The notes: generated from the letters alone by a model not told the origin. 59,162 bases of DNA from an uncultured Candidatus Saccharibacteria bacterium (GCA_964410165.1 CAYPFT010000003.1:1-59162); one strand, 5' to 3'; shown: positions 1 to 9,138, numbered from the stretch's first letter. Numbers and translations: made by a program.

Positions 1-146
1 CGCCAAAATTCAGCGCCAAAATCGGAGATTTGGCGGAGAGACCGCCAAAAGGGCGCGACCTGATTTTCTTGAGCGAAGCGATTAGAAAATGGAAGTACCC
101 GTGTGGCAGACTCACCGACCAAATCTTTCCCCAGTGCGTAAGTCCT
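1..146. repeat. Truncated copy of the ~180-bp TIR repeat family (terminus ...CAGTGCGTAAGTCCT at 132-146), cut by the window start
   Basis: Reverse complement of 75-146 matches 59091-59162 apart from a ~10-nt patch. It is also homologous to the full copy at 20563-20740, sharing ctgccacacgggtacttcc, ggtcgcgcc..ttggcgg..ccgccaaa and gaccaaatctttccccagtgcgtaagtcct. Confidence 0.7.
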
Positions 147-163
147 ATTTAAGTTTGGTGCTT

Positions 164-1144
164 TTAACCCTGCACTCCAACCTTCTTCCTCACCTCTAGC
201 ATTTTCGCGCGGGCAATCTCTTTCGCTCTTTCCCCGCCTTCTTTGAGAATTTTTTTGACAACGGTTTCGTCTTGCGCAATCTCTTTGCGTTTTTCCCGAA
301 GCGGCGCGATGAAAGTTTTCATATTTTCTATAAGTATGTCTTTGGATTCTTTGTAACCGATGCCGCCAATCCGGTATCTTTTTTCGAGACTTGCGAGCAT
401 TTCCGCATCGGCAAAGAGTGTATGAAGCGCGAAAACGTTATCCTGTCCCGGGTCTTTCGGCTCCTCGACGCCCTGCGAATTGGTCGGGATGCCCATGACC
501 GCTTTTTGGATTTCATTGTCTTCCGCAAAGAGGCCGATGGTATTGCCATAGCTTTTGCTCATTTTTCGCCCGTCAGTGCCGGGAACGGTTTTGACGGATT
601 CCAAAATAAGCGCGGAAGGGAGTTTGAAAGTTTCGCCGAAAATTCGATTGAATTTTTCCGCCGTGTCGCGCGCGTATTCAACGTGCTGTTTTTGGTCAAG
701 CCCGACGGGAACGACATCCGCGTCATGAATGAGAATATCCGCCGCCATGAGAAGCGGGTAGTCAAATACGCCGACGTTTATCTCCGCGTTCTTCGCCTGC
801 GCATCTTTATACGCGTGCGCTCGCATGAGATACGGCATCGTGGTAATGCAATTAAAAATCCACCCGAGCTCGCACACTTCAGGGCACTCGGACTGTTTGA
901 AGAGAAGCGTTTTCGCGGGGTCAATGCCGATGGCGAGATAATCAAGCGCGACGTCAAGCGCATTCCGGCCGAGTTCGCCCGCATTTTGCACGGTTGTGAG
1001 CGCGTGATAATCCGCGATAAAAACCCGAGCCTCGTACTCTTCTTGCAAATCCGCAAACTGCTTCATCGCGCCGAAATAATTGCCGATATGCGGCCGCCCC
1101 GTCGGCTTCACGCCGGAAATGAGAATTTTCTTTTTTGGTTCCAT
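164..1144 (-). CDS. trpS: Tryptophan--tRNA ligase
   Basis: 326-aa class I aaRS with HIGN (GRPHIGNYFG) and KMSKS (RKMSKSYGN) motifs. Size and sequence are typical of TrpRS. Confidence 0.9.
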   Translation of the reverse strand: MEPKKKILISGVKPTGRPHIGNYFGAMKQFADLQEEYEARVFIADYHALTTVQNAGELGRNALDVALDYLAIGIDPAKTLLFKQSECPEVCELGWIFNCITTMPYLMRAHAYKDAQAKNAEINVGVFDYPLLMAADILIHDADVVPVGLDQKQHVEYARDTAEKFNRIFGETFKLPSALILESVKTVPGTDGRKMSKSYGNTIGLFAEDNEIQKAVMGIPTNSQGVEEPKDPGQDNVFALHTLFADAEMLASLEKRYRIGGIGYKESKDILIENMKTFIAPLREKRKEIAQDETVVKKILKEGGERAKEIARAKMLEVRKKVGVQG

Positions 1145-1181
1145 CGCCTTATTCTACCAGAAAAATGAAAAACGCGGCATG

Positions 1182-1210
1182 TTGACAACAATATTGCTAT
1201 GTGGTAAGCT
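1182..1210 (+). promoter_or_regulatory. Sigma70-like promoter for the 1262 ORF
   Basis: TTGACA, 17-nt spacer, TGgTAAGCT (extended -10), about 50 nt upstream of the ATG at 1262. Confidence 0.4.
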
Positions 1211-1261
1211 ATTTTTGTAAAGCAGTACCTTACATTTTTTCACACAACCTAGGAAATAAAA

Positions 1262-1501
1262 ATGGCGGAAACAATACTGACAATAATAGATGGGATGAAA
1301 TCAAGTACTATTACCTGCACGCACTGTGCAGAAAATTTTAAACTTACCGGGGAGCATCTTGACCTGCTTAGGGGATATTACCCTGCCATTCAGACAATAA
1401 GTAAACTCCTTGTCATTCCGGTGAAATGCCCAAAATGTAACGAGGATACGCTTATGGAAATTAGAACAATTTCCGAGGAAGAATATCTCGCCGCGAGTTA
1501 G
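1262..1501 (+). CDS. Small zinc-ribbon protein (hypothetical)
   Basis: 79-aa ORF with two CxxC pairs (CTHC ... CPKC). Promoter upstream and terminator downstream. Confidence 0.5.
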   Translation: MAETILTIIDGMKSSTITCTHCAENFKLTGEHLDLLRGYYPAIQTISKLLVIPVKCPKCNEDTLMEIRTISEEEYLAAS

Positions 1502-1502
1502 T

Positions 1503-1531
1503 AAAAACGGGGACAAAATCCCCGTTTTTTT
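1503..1531. terminator. Bidirectional rho-independent terminator between convergent genes
   Basis: aaaaACGGGGAcaaaaTCCCCGTttttttt: 7-bp GC-rich stem flanked by an A-run and a T-run. Confidence 0.6.
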
Positions 1532-3590
1532 ATTTTCCGTCTTCATCCACGCCGAGCATTCCGCGCAGAACGTCTTCGGGGATCTCTTTTGGCGTGCGGG
1601 GTTCCGACATTGATGAAGATCGGTGCGGCTCTTGCCTCGCCTCCGGCTTCTTTTCTTGTTCGTCTTTTTTGGCTTCTTTCAAAATTCCGGAAAGCGCTTC
1701 TTTCAAAGTGTTTCTGTTCTCCGTCGGCTCCGGTGATTTCCATGCTTTCTCTCTTCGAAGCGTATCAAGCGATATCGGCGCCGGACGAGGAATAGCGGGA
1801 GCGGCCGGAATATCAGCCTCGGGAGCTCTCTCCTCTCGAGGAGGGGTATTTCGCGGTGAAAAACGCGGTTTCTCAGTCCATCCGGTTCTCTCTTCCGAAA
1901 ACGCAGGGTGCGGCGGCGTTTGCCTCAAATCCCGCGAAACGGCGGAAGAGCCGCCCGCCGCGTTTCCCTCCCGCCGCATTTCACTGCGGTTTTCCGTTCG
2001 AGGAGGAAAAGAACGTTCCCGCTCTCGAAAAGTATTTCCTCCGGCGGAAGCATCTCTTTGTGCGCTAAAATTCGTTCTCTCGTTTCCCGCATTTCCGAAG
2101 CGGCGAAAGGGTTCCGCTCTCGGAGGAAATGCCGGCGGCGCTCCTCTGTGCGTTTGCGACGGGGGACGGCTTGAAAAACCGGAGGATGGTGCCGGTGTTC
2201 GCAGAGGAGCAAAAGCGGCCGCCGGCGGCGCGCTCATTTTCGATCCGGCCTGTTCCGAAACGGAACTTGGGGGAAGGCGTTCAGGTTTCGGCTCCGCGAA
2301 ACTCATTTGGTGCCACGCCACGATTTCTCCTTCCACGTCGGCCCGTTTCCTTCCGAAAAATTCCCGCGAATGCGCGATGATGTGTTCCTTGAATGAATGC
2401 ACCCCGTGCGGTATCGGCGGAAGCGCTACGGCGGAGAACGGCTTTGACCCGACGCCGTCAATCATGAGCCGAAGATAGAGTTGATATTTATCGAGATTGA
2501 CGATGTCCTCGGCGGAAAATGCCGGCAAAAATTCCTTTTCCAACACTTCGGCGTCAAACGCTCCGACGCGAAATGTAATCATCGTTCCGACGTTCCCGAA
2601 CACCGCCGCGCGGACTTCTTCCTGCATCTGCTCGATATATTGGTGTGCTATCGTCAAATTCAAATGATATTTTCGCGCTTCGGAGAGAATGTCCGCGAAA
2701 GATTCGTTTGCAAATGATTGAAACTCGTCAACGAAAAAATAAAAATTCGGAAGATTTGACATTTCCTCGCGAGAAGCATCGGCGCGCGACATGGCGGCGA
2801 GATATATTTTTGTGATGAGCATGCTTCCGAGGAGGTTGGTGTTCTGCTCTCCGACCTTTCCTTTTGAAAGATTCATAATGAGAATCTTTTTTTGGTCCAT
2901 CATCTCGCGGATATTGAAGGTAGACTTCGGTTGTCCAATGATATTTCTGATTAATGGATTTGAAACAAACTGTCCGACTTTATTTTGGATGGCCGGCGTC
3001 GCTTCTTGCGTATAGCGATCGGTGTACTTCGCATACTCATCCACCCAGAAAGATTTAATGGACGGGTCGGTGATATGATCAACCACTTTTTTCCGGTAAT
3101 CTTTATCCGTAAACATGCGGTTGACGCCAAGCAACGTCGCGTCCGGATATTCGAGAAGCGCGAGGATCGTGTTGTTCAAAATATATTCCATGCGAGCGGA
3201 CCACGCATCCACCCATATTTTTTTGAACGCGCTCATAAGGCCGTTCGCCACGAGATGGCGCTTGTCGTGCCCCACGTCTTCCATGATATTGAAAGACACC
3301 GGATAATCGGTATCAAACGGCGCAAAATATACCACATCTTTAATGCGGTCTTCGGGGACGTAATCAAGCAGAAGCTCGGCGGTGCTTCCGTGCGGATCAA
3401 TGAACCCCATGCCTTCTCCGTTCCGGAGGTCTTGCACTGCCATGTTTTCCAAGAGAGTGGACTTCCCCATTCCCGTTTTCCCGATGACGTACACGTGCCG
3501 CGTGCGATCCGGCGCCTTTATGCCAAAAGGGGTGAGCTTGTTGCGGTAGTCCGCCTGCGCAAAATAGGTAACCCTGTTTTCGTTTTGCAT
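1530..3590 (-). CDS. VirD4/TraG/DUF87-like P-loop ATPase (type IV secretion coupling-protein-like) with a low-complexity C-terminal tail
   Basis: Walker A VIGKTGMGKSTLL. Start moved to MQNENRVTYF (ATG at 3590). The last ~230 aa are P/S/A/R/E-rich low complexity. Confidence 0.6.
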   Translation of the reverse strand: MQNENRVTYFAQADYRNKLTPFGIKAPDRTRHVYVIGKTGMGKSTLLENMAVQDLRNGEGMGFIDPHGSTAELLLDYVPEDRIKDVVYFAPFDTDYPVSFNIMEDVGHDKRHLVANGLMSAFKKIWVDAWSARMEYILNNTILALLEYPDATLLGVNRMFTDKDYRKKVVDHITDPSIKSFWVDEYAKYTDRYTQEATPAIQNKVGQFVSNPLIRNIIGQPKSTFNIREMMDQKKILIMNLSKGKVGEQNTNLLGSMLITKIYLAAMSRADASREEMSNLPNFYFFVDEFQSFANESFADILSEARKYHLNLTIAHQYIEQMQEEVRAAVFGNVGTMITFRVGAFDAEVLEKEFLPAFSAEDIVNLDKYQLYLRLMIDGVGSKPFSAVALPPIPHGVHSFKEHIIAHSREFFGRKRADVEGEIVAWHQMSFAEPKPERLPPSSVSEQAGSKMSAPPAAAFAPLRTPAPSSGFSSRPPSQTHRGAPPAFPPRAEPFRRFGNAGNERTNFSAQRDASAGGNTFRERERSFPPRTENRSEMRREGNAAGGSSAVSRDLRQTPPHPAFSEERTGWTEKPRFSPRNTPPREERAPEADIPAAPAIPRPAPISLDTLRREKAWKSPEPTENRNTLKEALSGILKEAKKDEQEKKPEARQEPHRSSSMSEPRTPKEIPEDVLRGMLGVDEDGK

Positions 3591-3690
3591 AAAAATATAG
3601 TACCACGAAAAGAAGCGGGGGCATATAGGTGTCAGGGTAACAACTTTCAAAATCTTCGGCATGATGGAATCGGCGTCCGATGACGCCGAC

Positions 3691-4032
3691 TCAAATTCCA
3701 AAAAGTATTTTTAGTTTTTTCTCAACCTCTTTCCGCACCGCTCCGTCAATATTCCCTAACTCTCCAAAACAAGTCTTCTTATCCAAGGTAGCAACCTTGT
3801 TCACTTTAATTACCGAGGAGGTTTTTAACCCCGTTGCCAAAAATGATTTTTCTCCTTCCTTCACCGGCACATCAAACGCGCCAATTTTTCCGGACCGAGA
3901 AGAGATAAAAGCGACGATTATGTCATCGCTTTTTATCGGTGCCGATGAAAGGATGAGCGCAGGGCGAAGTTTTTTGCCCGACAAATCGGTAAACGGAAAA
4001 GGGATAAGAACGACGCTTCCTTTCTTAAACAT
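3691..4032 (-). CDS. PemK/MazF-family type II toxin
   Basis: 113 aa. The N-terminus GSVVLIPFPFTDLSGKKLRPALILS is typical of MazF/PemK. Overlaps the upstream antitoxin ORF by 8 nt. Confidence 0.75.
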   Translation of the reverse strand: MFKKGSVVLIPFPFTDLSGKKLRPALILSSAPIKSDDIIVAFISSRSGKIGAFDVPVKEGEKSFLATGLKTSSVIKVNKVATLDKKTCFGELGNIDGAVRKEVEKKLKILFGI

Positions 4033-4303
4033 AGCGTTTTTTGAGATCTTTTACGCTATATAACTCCGGGTCATCTTTCAAAAAATCGAATGATGAAGAA
4101 TTGGCGTTAATGTTCGTTATTTCAGTGAGCTTCGGGTTAATGTTTTCGGGATATTTCATTACCACCACTTCAATTTTATTTCTTCTGCCGATACCGATAA
4201 CGCTATTCTCACGTTTTATCTGCTCGACAAAACCGGCGATGTTTCTCCTCACCTTCGTGGTTGTCATGAATGTGATTGCCTTGTTGGTTGTTTTGAGTTG
4301 CAT
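4025..4303 (-). CDS. Antitoxin, Phd/YefM-like (tentative)
   Basis: 92-aa ORF immediately upstream of and overlapping the toxin. TKVRRNIAGFVEQIKRENSVIGIGRRNK..VVVM resembles the Phd/YefM N-terminus. The start could be an internal Met. Confidence 0.55.
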   Translation of the reverse strand: MQLKTTNKAITFMTTTKVRRNIAGFVEQIKRENSVIGIGRRNKIEVVVMKYPENINPKLTEITNINANSSSFDFLKDDPELYSVKDLKKRYV

Positions 4304-4408
4304 AATTTTAGTTTACGTACATTTTGTACATTTAGCATAACAAATCATACGTTGTGGTCAAATTTGACAAACAAACTAAAATAAGCCTTTATCCTTTCGC
4401 TTCGCCAC

Positions 4409-6835
4409 TCAGTTCTGCTGAGTGGTTTTGTTTTGCGCCGCTTCTTCCTTTGCCACTTCGAGAATCATCGGCACGATGGAATCGGCGTTCAAAGAGACGG
4501 AATCAATGCCTTGCGAAATAAGAAAACGGAGAAAGTCGGGATAGTCCGACGGAGCCTGTCCGCAGAAGCCGATGTACTTGCCACGGCGGTGGCACGCTTC
4601 AATCGCCATCGTGATGAGCGCTTTCACGGATTTGTCGTTTTCGTTTGCAATCGGCGCGATGACGGCGTTGTCGCGATCCATGCCGAGCGTGAGCTGGGCG
4701 AGGTCGTTTGAGCCGATTGAGAAGCCGTCGAAGATGTTGAGGAAGTCGTCGGCGCGAATGATGTTCGTCGGTATCTCGCACATGACGTAAATTTTCAGGT
4801 CATTTTCATTTTGCGTGAGCCCGAAACTTTTCATGATGTCCACCACCTTTTGCCCTTCTTCCGGAGTACGGCAAAACGGCACCATCGGCTGTATGTTCAC
4901 CAGACCGAATTTTTCCCGCGCACGCTTGATGGCGATGCATTCGAGTTCGAAAGCGGGCGCGAAATCGGGATGCGCGTATCGCGATGCCCCGCGCCAGCCG
5001 ATCATTGGATTTTCTTCTTCGGGCTCATACGCTTCCCCTCCAAGGAGCGTGCGGTATTCGTTTGTCTTGAAATCCGAGAAACGCACGATGACTTGATGCG
5101 GATAAAACGCCGCGCCAATCTGCGCGATACCTTCCGCGAGTTTTTCAATATAAAATTCGCGCTTGTCCGGAAAGCCCGCCGTAATCTTCTCAATCTTCGC
5201 TTTCAGTTTGACATCTTTGATAGCTTTGAAATTCAAGAGCGCGAGGGGGTGCACTTGGATATGGGAAGCGATGATGAATTCCTCGCGAGCAAGCCCGACG
5301 CCTTTGTGCGGGAGGAATGAGTGCGAAAACGCGCCTTCCGGAGAGCCGACATTCAGGCAGACTTTCGTTTTCACTTCCGGAATATGTTCAAGATCGTAGG
5401 AACGCTTCTCGAATTTGAGTTCGCCTTTATAGACGCGCCCGACATCGCCGAGCGATGCGTCCACGGTAATGATGTCGCCGGTTTTTACTTTTGAGATAAT
5501 CCCCTCCGCGCCGACAACAGCCGGAATCCCGAGCTCGCGCGACACAATCGCCGCGTGCGAAGTGCGTCCGCCTTTCTCGGTAACAATGGCTTTCGCAATC
5601 TTCATAATCGGCTCCCAGTCCGGGTCGGTAATTTTCGTAATAAGAATCTCCCCTTCCTTGAACTCCGTGAGTTTTGCGGTTGAAAGAATGACGCGGGCTT
5701 TTCCGATAACGATTTTCTTCCCCACTGAAACGCCTTGCGCGAGGTGTTCTTTTTGTTCTTTCAGCGCGTATTCTTCCAGAGTGAAGCCTTTTTTCTCCGC
5801 CTGTACGGTTTCCGGCCGCGCCTGCACGATGTAGAGTTCGTTCTTCACTCCGTCTTTCGCCCATTCAATGTCCATCGGCATCGGATGTCCGACGCGGGCG
5901 GTATAGTGCTTCTCAATCGCCACGGCCCACTTGGCAAGCGTGAGTACTTCTTCATCCGAGAGCGAGAATTTGTTGCTGTCTTCTTTTTTCACTGCAATTT
6001 CTTTCACCGGCTTGACGCCCGCCGCATAAATCATCTTCACGGTCTTTGAACCGAGGGATTTTTTTATGATGGAAGCAAAACCTTTTTCGAGCGCCGGCTT
6101 AAACACGATAAATTCATCGGGGCTGACTTTCCCTTGCACCACCATCTCGCCGAGTCCGTACGAAGCGTTAATCTCCACCACATCGCGGAAGCCGGTTTCG
6201 GTATCAAGCGTAAACATCACTCCCGACGCGCCCTTATCCGAACGCACCATTTTTTGGATGCCCACGGAGAGCGCAATCGCCATATGATCGAACCCTTTAT
6301 CCGCGCGGTAAGAAATGGCGCGATCGGTAAAAAGGGACGCTATCGCCTTTCGGACGGCGATCATGATATTTTTATCGCCTGAGATATTCAAATAGGTTTC
6401 CATCTCGCCGGCAAACGACGCCCCCGGTAAATCTTCCGCCGTTGCTGATGAACGAACGGCGACATCGGTATTTTTTTCTCCCGAATCGGCGGAAAGCGTA
6501 TGGTACCCTTCAAGAATCTGCTCTTCCAAATCCTTCGGAAACGACGCTTTCAAAATCATTTCCCGAATCTTTTTCCCACGCTTCGCCAAATCTCTTAAAT
6601 TTTTCGTATCAAGTCCATCGAGCGTCCCGGTAATCTTTTCCTGCAGTCCGGAGTTGGACACAAAATACCGATACCCCGAAGCGGTCATCACGAGAGCATT
6701 CGGAATGCGAATACCTTGCGGCGTAAGCGCGTTGTACATTTCTCCGAGCGAAGCGTTCTTCCCGCCAACAAGCGCGACATCGTCATTTGATAAATCCGAG
6801 AGCCATAAAATATACTTGCTTGCTTTGTCGTTCAT
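4409..6835 (-). CDS. ppsA: Phosphoenolpyruvate synthase (pyruvate, water dikinase)
   Basis: ATP-grasp N-terminus, swivel phosphohistidine motif GGRTSHAAIVSRELGIPAVVG, and a C-terminal PEP-utilising TIM barrel. Start set at MNDKASKY (ATG 6835). The 48-codon upstream extension in the ORF track covers promoter/palindrome DNA. Confidence 0.9.
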   Translation of the reverse strand: MNDKASKYILWLSDLSNDDVALVGGKNASLGEMYNALTPQGIRIPNALVMTASGYRYFVSNSGLQEKITGTLDGLDTKNLRDLAKRGKKIREMILKASFPKDLEEQILEGYHTLSADSGEKNTDVAVRSSATAEDLPGASFAGEMETYLNISGDKNIMIAVRKAIASLFTDRAISYRADKGFDHMAIALSVGIQKMVRSDKGASGVMFTLDTETGFRDVVEINASYGLGEMVVQGKVSPDEFIVFKPALEKGFASIIKKSLGSKTVKMIYAAGVKPVKEIAVKKEDSNKFSLSDEEVLTLAKWAVAIEKHYTARVGHPMPMDIEWAKDGVKNELYIVQARPETVQAEKKGFTLEEYALKEQKEHLAQGVSVGKKIVIGKARVILSTAKLTEFKEGEILITKITDPDWEPIMKIAKAIVTEKGGRTSHAAIVSRELGIPAVVGAEGIISKVKTGDIITVDASLGDVGRVYKGELKFEKRSYDLEHIPEVKTKVCLNVGSPEGAFSHSFLPHKGVGLAREEFIIASHIQVHPLALLNFKAIKDVKLKAKIEKITAGFPDKREFYIEKLAEGIAQIGAAFYPHQVIVRFSDFKTNEYRTLLGGEAYEPEEENPMIGWRGASRYAHPDFAPAFELECIAIKRAREKFGLVNIQPMVPFCRTPEEGQKVVDIMKSFGLTQNENDLKIYVMCEIPTNIIRADDFLNIFDGFSIGSNDLAQLTLGMDRDNAVIAPIANENDKSVKALITMAIEACHRRGKYIGFCGQAPSDYPDFLRFLISQGIDSVSLNADSIVPMILEVAKEEAAQNKTTQQN

Positions 6836-6883
6836 GCGTTTAAAAATGAAAGAGTAAAGGGCTTCAAAGAGCCGCTTGTTTTT

Positions 6884-6912
6884 ATTATACCAACCCAAAC
6901 TCACGCAGGCAA
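6884..6912 (-). promoter_or_regulatory. Predicted ppsA promoter
   Basis: On the minus strand: TTGCCT, 17 nt, TATAAT, about 49 nt upstream of the ppsA ATG. Confidence 0.35.
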
Positions 6913-6920
6913 AAATTATA

Positions 6921-6960
6921 GTGCGGTCATAATCGTGCATATGCACGATTATGACCGCAC
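6921..6960. promoter_or_regulatory. Perfect 40-bp palindrome (candidate operator or cruciform)
   Basis: gtgcggtcataatcgtgcat|atgcacgattatgaccgcac is exactly self-complementary. It lies just upstream of the predicted ppsA promoter. Confidence 0.5.
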
Positions 6961-6963
6961 TAG

Positions 6964-7146
6964 TTACTGACCTTTCCATATTAGGTTAAGGAAAAATCTG
7001 CTATTTTCCCCGAGTACTTGCCATTCACCGAAAAAGCCATTTCACTGTACTGCCAGTACAGCTTATGCCTTTTTCGGCTCCATGGCGTCATACTCCGGAA
7101 AAATAACAAAATTTTACCTATTAACCTAATATGGAAAGGTCAGTAA
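6964..7146. mobile_element. MITE-like 183-bp element with 26-bp perfect terminal inverted repeats
   Basis: ttactgacctttccatattaggttaa (6964-6989) is the exact reverse complement of 7121-7146. The interior is itself a nested imperfect palindrome (ccgaaaaagc/gcctttttcgg, ctgtactg/cagtacag). No ORF. Confidence 0.5.
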
Positions 7147-7233
7147 ATGTTAAAACAAAAATGACGAGCAAAAAAATTGCCGCCCCTATGGACGGCACTT
7201 CAACAACGCCTTTCAACATTAAAAACGCTTACT

Positions 7234-7695
7234 TTATTTTAAATGCGTTAAATCCATACGTTGGGTAGTCCCCAACCATATTACAGCAAACGCGAATAAG
7301 ATAAAACACAAAGCGAGTATTTCCCGCCAATACGCAACAACTATTGCTCCGATCAATGCGCCTAAAGCAAGTACGATGATTGTTTTGACCCAAAACTCTA
7401 TCGGTCCGGAAAGCGTATCCTTAGCACAGTCTTCGTAGAGATTATCTCGTACAACGTCATCCCTTTCCCAGTTGCGTTTATTCCCCGCAATACAAATATT
7501 TTCCAGCTCAAAACGCTCTTTAATAAAAGCCGTGCGCCGCTTAAGTCCGCCTGGAATAAACCAAAGAACATCTTGCTTAAAAAGCTGAAAAATAAAGTAG
7601 GGATTCCATCCAATATCGCCATCATTGATCGAATATTCCAATCTAAAGTAAAGATACAACAAAACAAACGCGCCAATCGCGTGATATATGTGCAT
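7234..7695 (-). CDS. Hypothetical membrane protein
   Basis: 153-aa ORF with hydrophobic N- and C-terminal segments. No recognisable family. Confidence 0.5.
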   Translation of the reverse strand: MHIYHAIGAFVLLYLYFRLEYSINDGDIGWNPYFIFQLFKQDVLWFIPGGLKRRTAFIKERFELENICIAGNKRNWERDDVVRDNLYEDCAKDTLSGPIEFWVKTIIVLALGALIGAIVVAYWREILALCFILFAFAVIWLGTTQRMDLTHLK

Positions 7696-7865
7696 TTTCT
7701 TCTCCTTTTCAAAAGTTTATATTACAAGCCGCCAAGAAAGATAGTACTATATGAGGGTTTAAATGTCAAAAATTACCCCACCAACACAAAATAAAAATCC
7801 ACTACATTCGCTCCGGTTCGTCCGGTATCAATCTGTCCGCCGGACCAAATCGTGCGTAAGGCGAG

Positions 7866-8777
7866 TTAATCACGTAATTTTTCCGTGAGCATCCTCGGTA
7901 TTTTTCCTTTTGCGTCAATGTACAACAGGCTCTGAAGTATGAATTCTTTCACCTTTTCGGTTTTCACATGCCCTGATTTGGAATATGATTCAATAAAACG
8001 TTTATAATGCGGGGAACGCTTTTGTAATTCTTCTTCGGTTGGGAATGATTGTGTTTCTATGCCAAATTCCTTGAAGATTTTCTTTGCACGTGCCACTTAG
8101 CCGGATTAATTTGGTTGATAATCAACTCGGATTGCAGGTAATGTGCCTCGTACACCGGCTTCTTCTCTCCTCAAAACGAACGATTTTAAGCTCGCAACAC
8201 GATGATTTCGCATGTATTTTTTTTATACACGCGAATTGTTTCAAAAAAACGAAAAAAATGCTTACGCTACCGAACTAAAACGACTACGCTATCAACCAAA
8301 TTAATCCGGCTATTACGCACGTGCGGTATGAGATTCGGTTGTCATGAGGGCAAGTTTTTGCAATTCAGGATTTTCTTTTATAATTTCTGCTATTTTTTCC
8401 GCGTTTCCAACGGTGTCGGTTGATTTTTCTTCAAGAATAATTGCCGTTTCGGGAATATTGGGATATTTTTCCCTTAAATACACTGCCATTTGTTCGCTTT
8501 CCGATGGATATTCTTTGCCGGCAGTTTTTCCTCCTGAAAAAATAATCTTATCAATGAGACTCTCTTTGAACATTTCTCCCGCCGCAAGCACGGACATTTT
8601 TGCCTCAAGACTGAGGCGTAACTTAAATTCTCCCATTTTTTCTTTAGGAGGATATTCCCGCCAATTTTTCCCAAGAACAACGAGTGCATCAAATCGTTCG
8701 GGAAACTCTTTCGCTTCCTTGTTTTCGAGAGAATTAAAAGTGTGTGATTCAATTTTATTAACCATAACCAATGACAA
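7866..8777 (-). pseudogene. DUF218 (YdcF/ElyC/SanA-like) gene split in two by a MITE insertion
   Basis: ORF 8313-8777 carries the DUF218 core (IIFSGGKTAGKEYPSESEQMAVYL ... TTESHTARA*). ORF 7866-8096 continues it ((M)ARAKKIFKEFGIE...). Removing 8094-8324 restores ...HTARAKKIFKEFG in frame. Confidence 0.7.
8094..8316. mobile_element. 223-bp MITE with 23-bp perfect TIRs and an 8-bp target-site duplication
   Basis: TIR tagccggattaatttggttgata (8098-8120) pairs with 8290-8312. The element is flanked by direct GCACGTGC at 8086-8093 and 8317-8324. No ORF inside. Confidence 0.7.
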
Positions 8778-9138
8778 TTTATAACCACAAGCGAGGAGAA
8801 AACGAAAGATTTTCTTTCATTTTCTCGGAGTGCCGTGGTTATATACCCAAAAGATTCGCAAACCTGTGGCTTTTGGGTATATAATGCGTGAGGCTGACAA
8901 TAGCGAGCGTGGCGATACCGAAATCTTACCACAAATAAAGGTTAATGGCCAAAAAAGCTTCCATTGCACAGAACTCCCTTATTCAAATTACACCGTACAT
9001 TTTTCTAAACAATGGTGGCTTTGTTCCCTCTCGGCATTTGACCATATTTCATTATATGGTATAGCGAGAGTCTTTAGGTATATGATTACAGTATATACTA
9101 AAGAGTAAACGCATCCTGCGCAGAAGTTTCCATCGCAG

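Noticed and set aside
1145-1261. T-box or other leader upstream of trpS. The proS upstream region 24836-24930 was considered likewise.
   Set aside because: The spacers are only about 117 and 95 nt. I could not see a specifier-loop/T-box (AGGGUGGNACCGCG-like) motif.
6836-6979. 48-codon N-terminal extension of ppsA in the ORF track. Similar extensions occur for mreC (to 22104), trmD (to 13236), tsf (to 57635), rpsB (to 58173), the DUF4446 gene (to 49540), the ATPase (to 3701) and the surface protein (to 17310).
   Set aside because: The extensions cover promoter, palindrome or neighbouring-gene sequence and are not part of the conserved protein N-termini. Internal ATGs give canonical starts.
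8830-9108. 92-aa plus-strand ORF and a tatatacccaaaag/cttttgggtatata hairpin in the DUF218-uvrC spacer.
   Set aside because: The ORF has no start context or recognisable features. The hairpin may be a terminator or operator, but nothing distinguishes it from ordinary intergenic structure.
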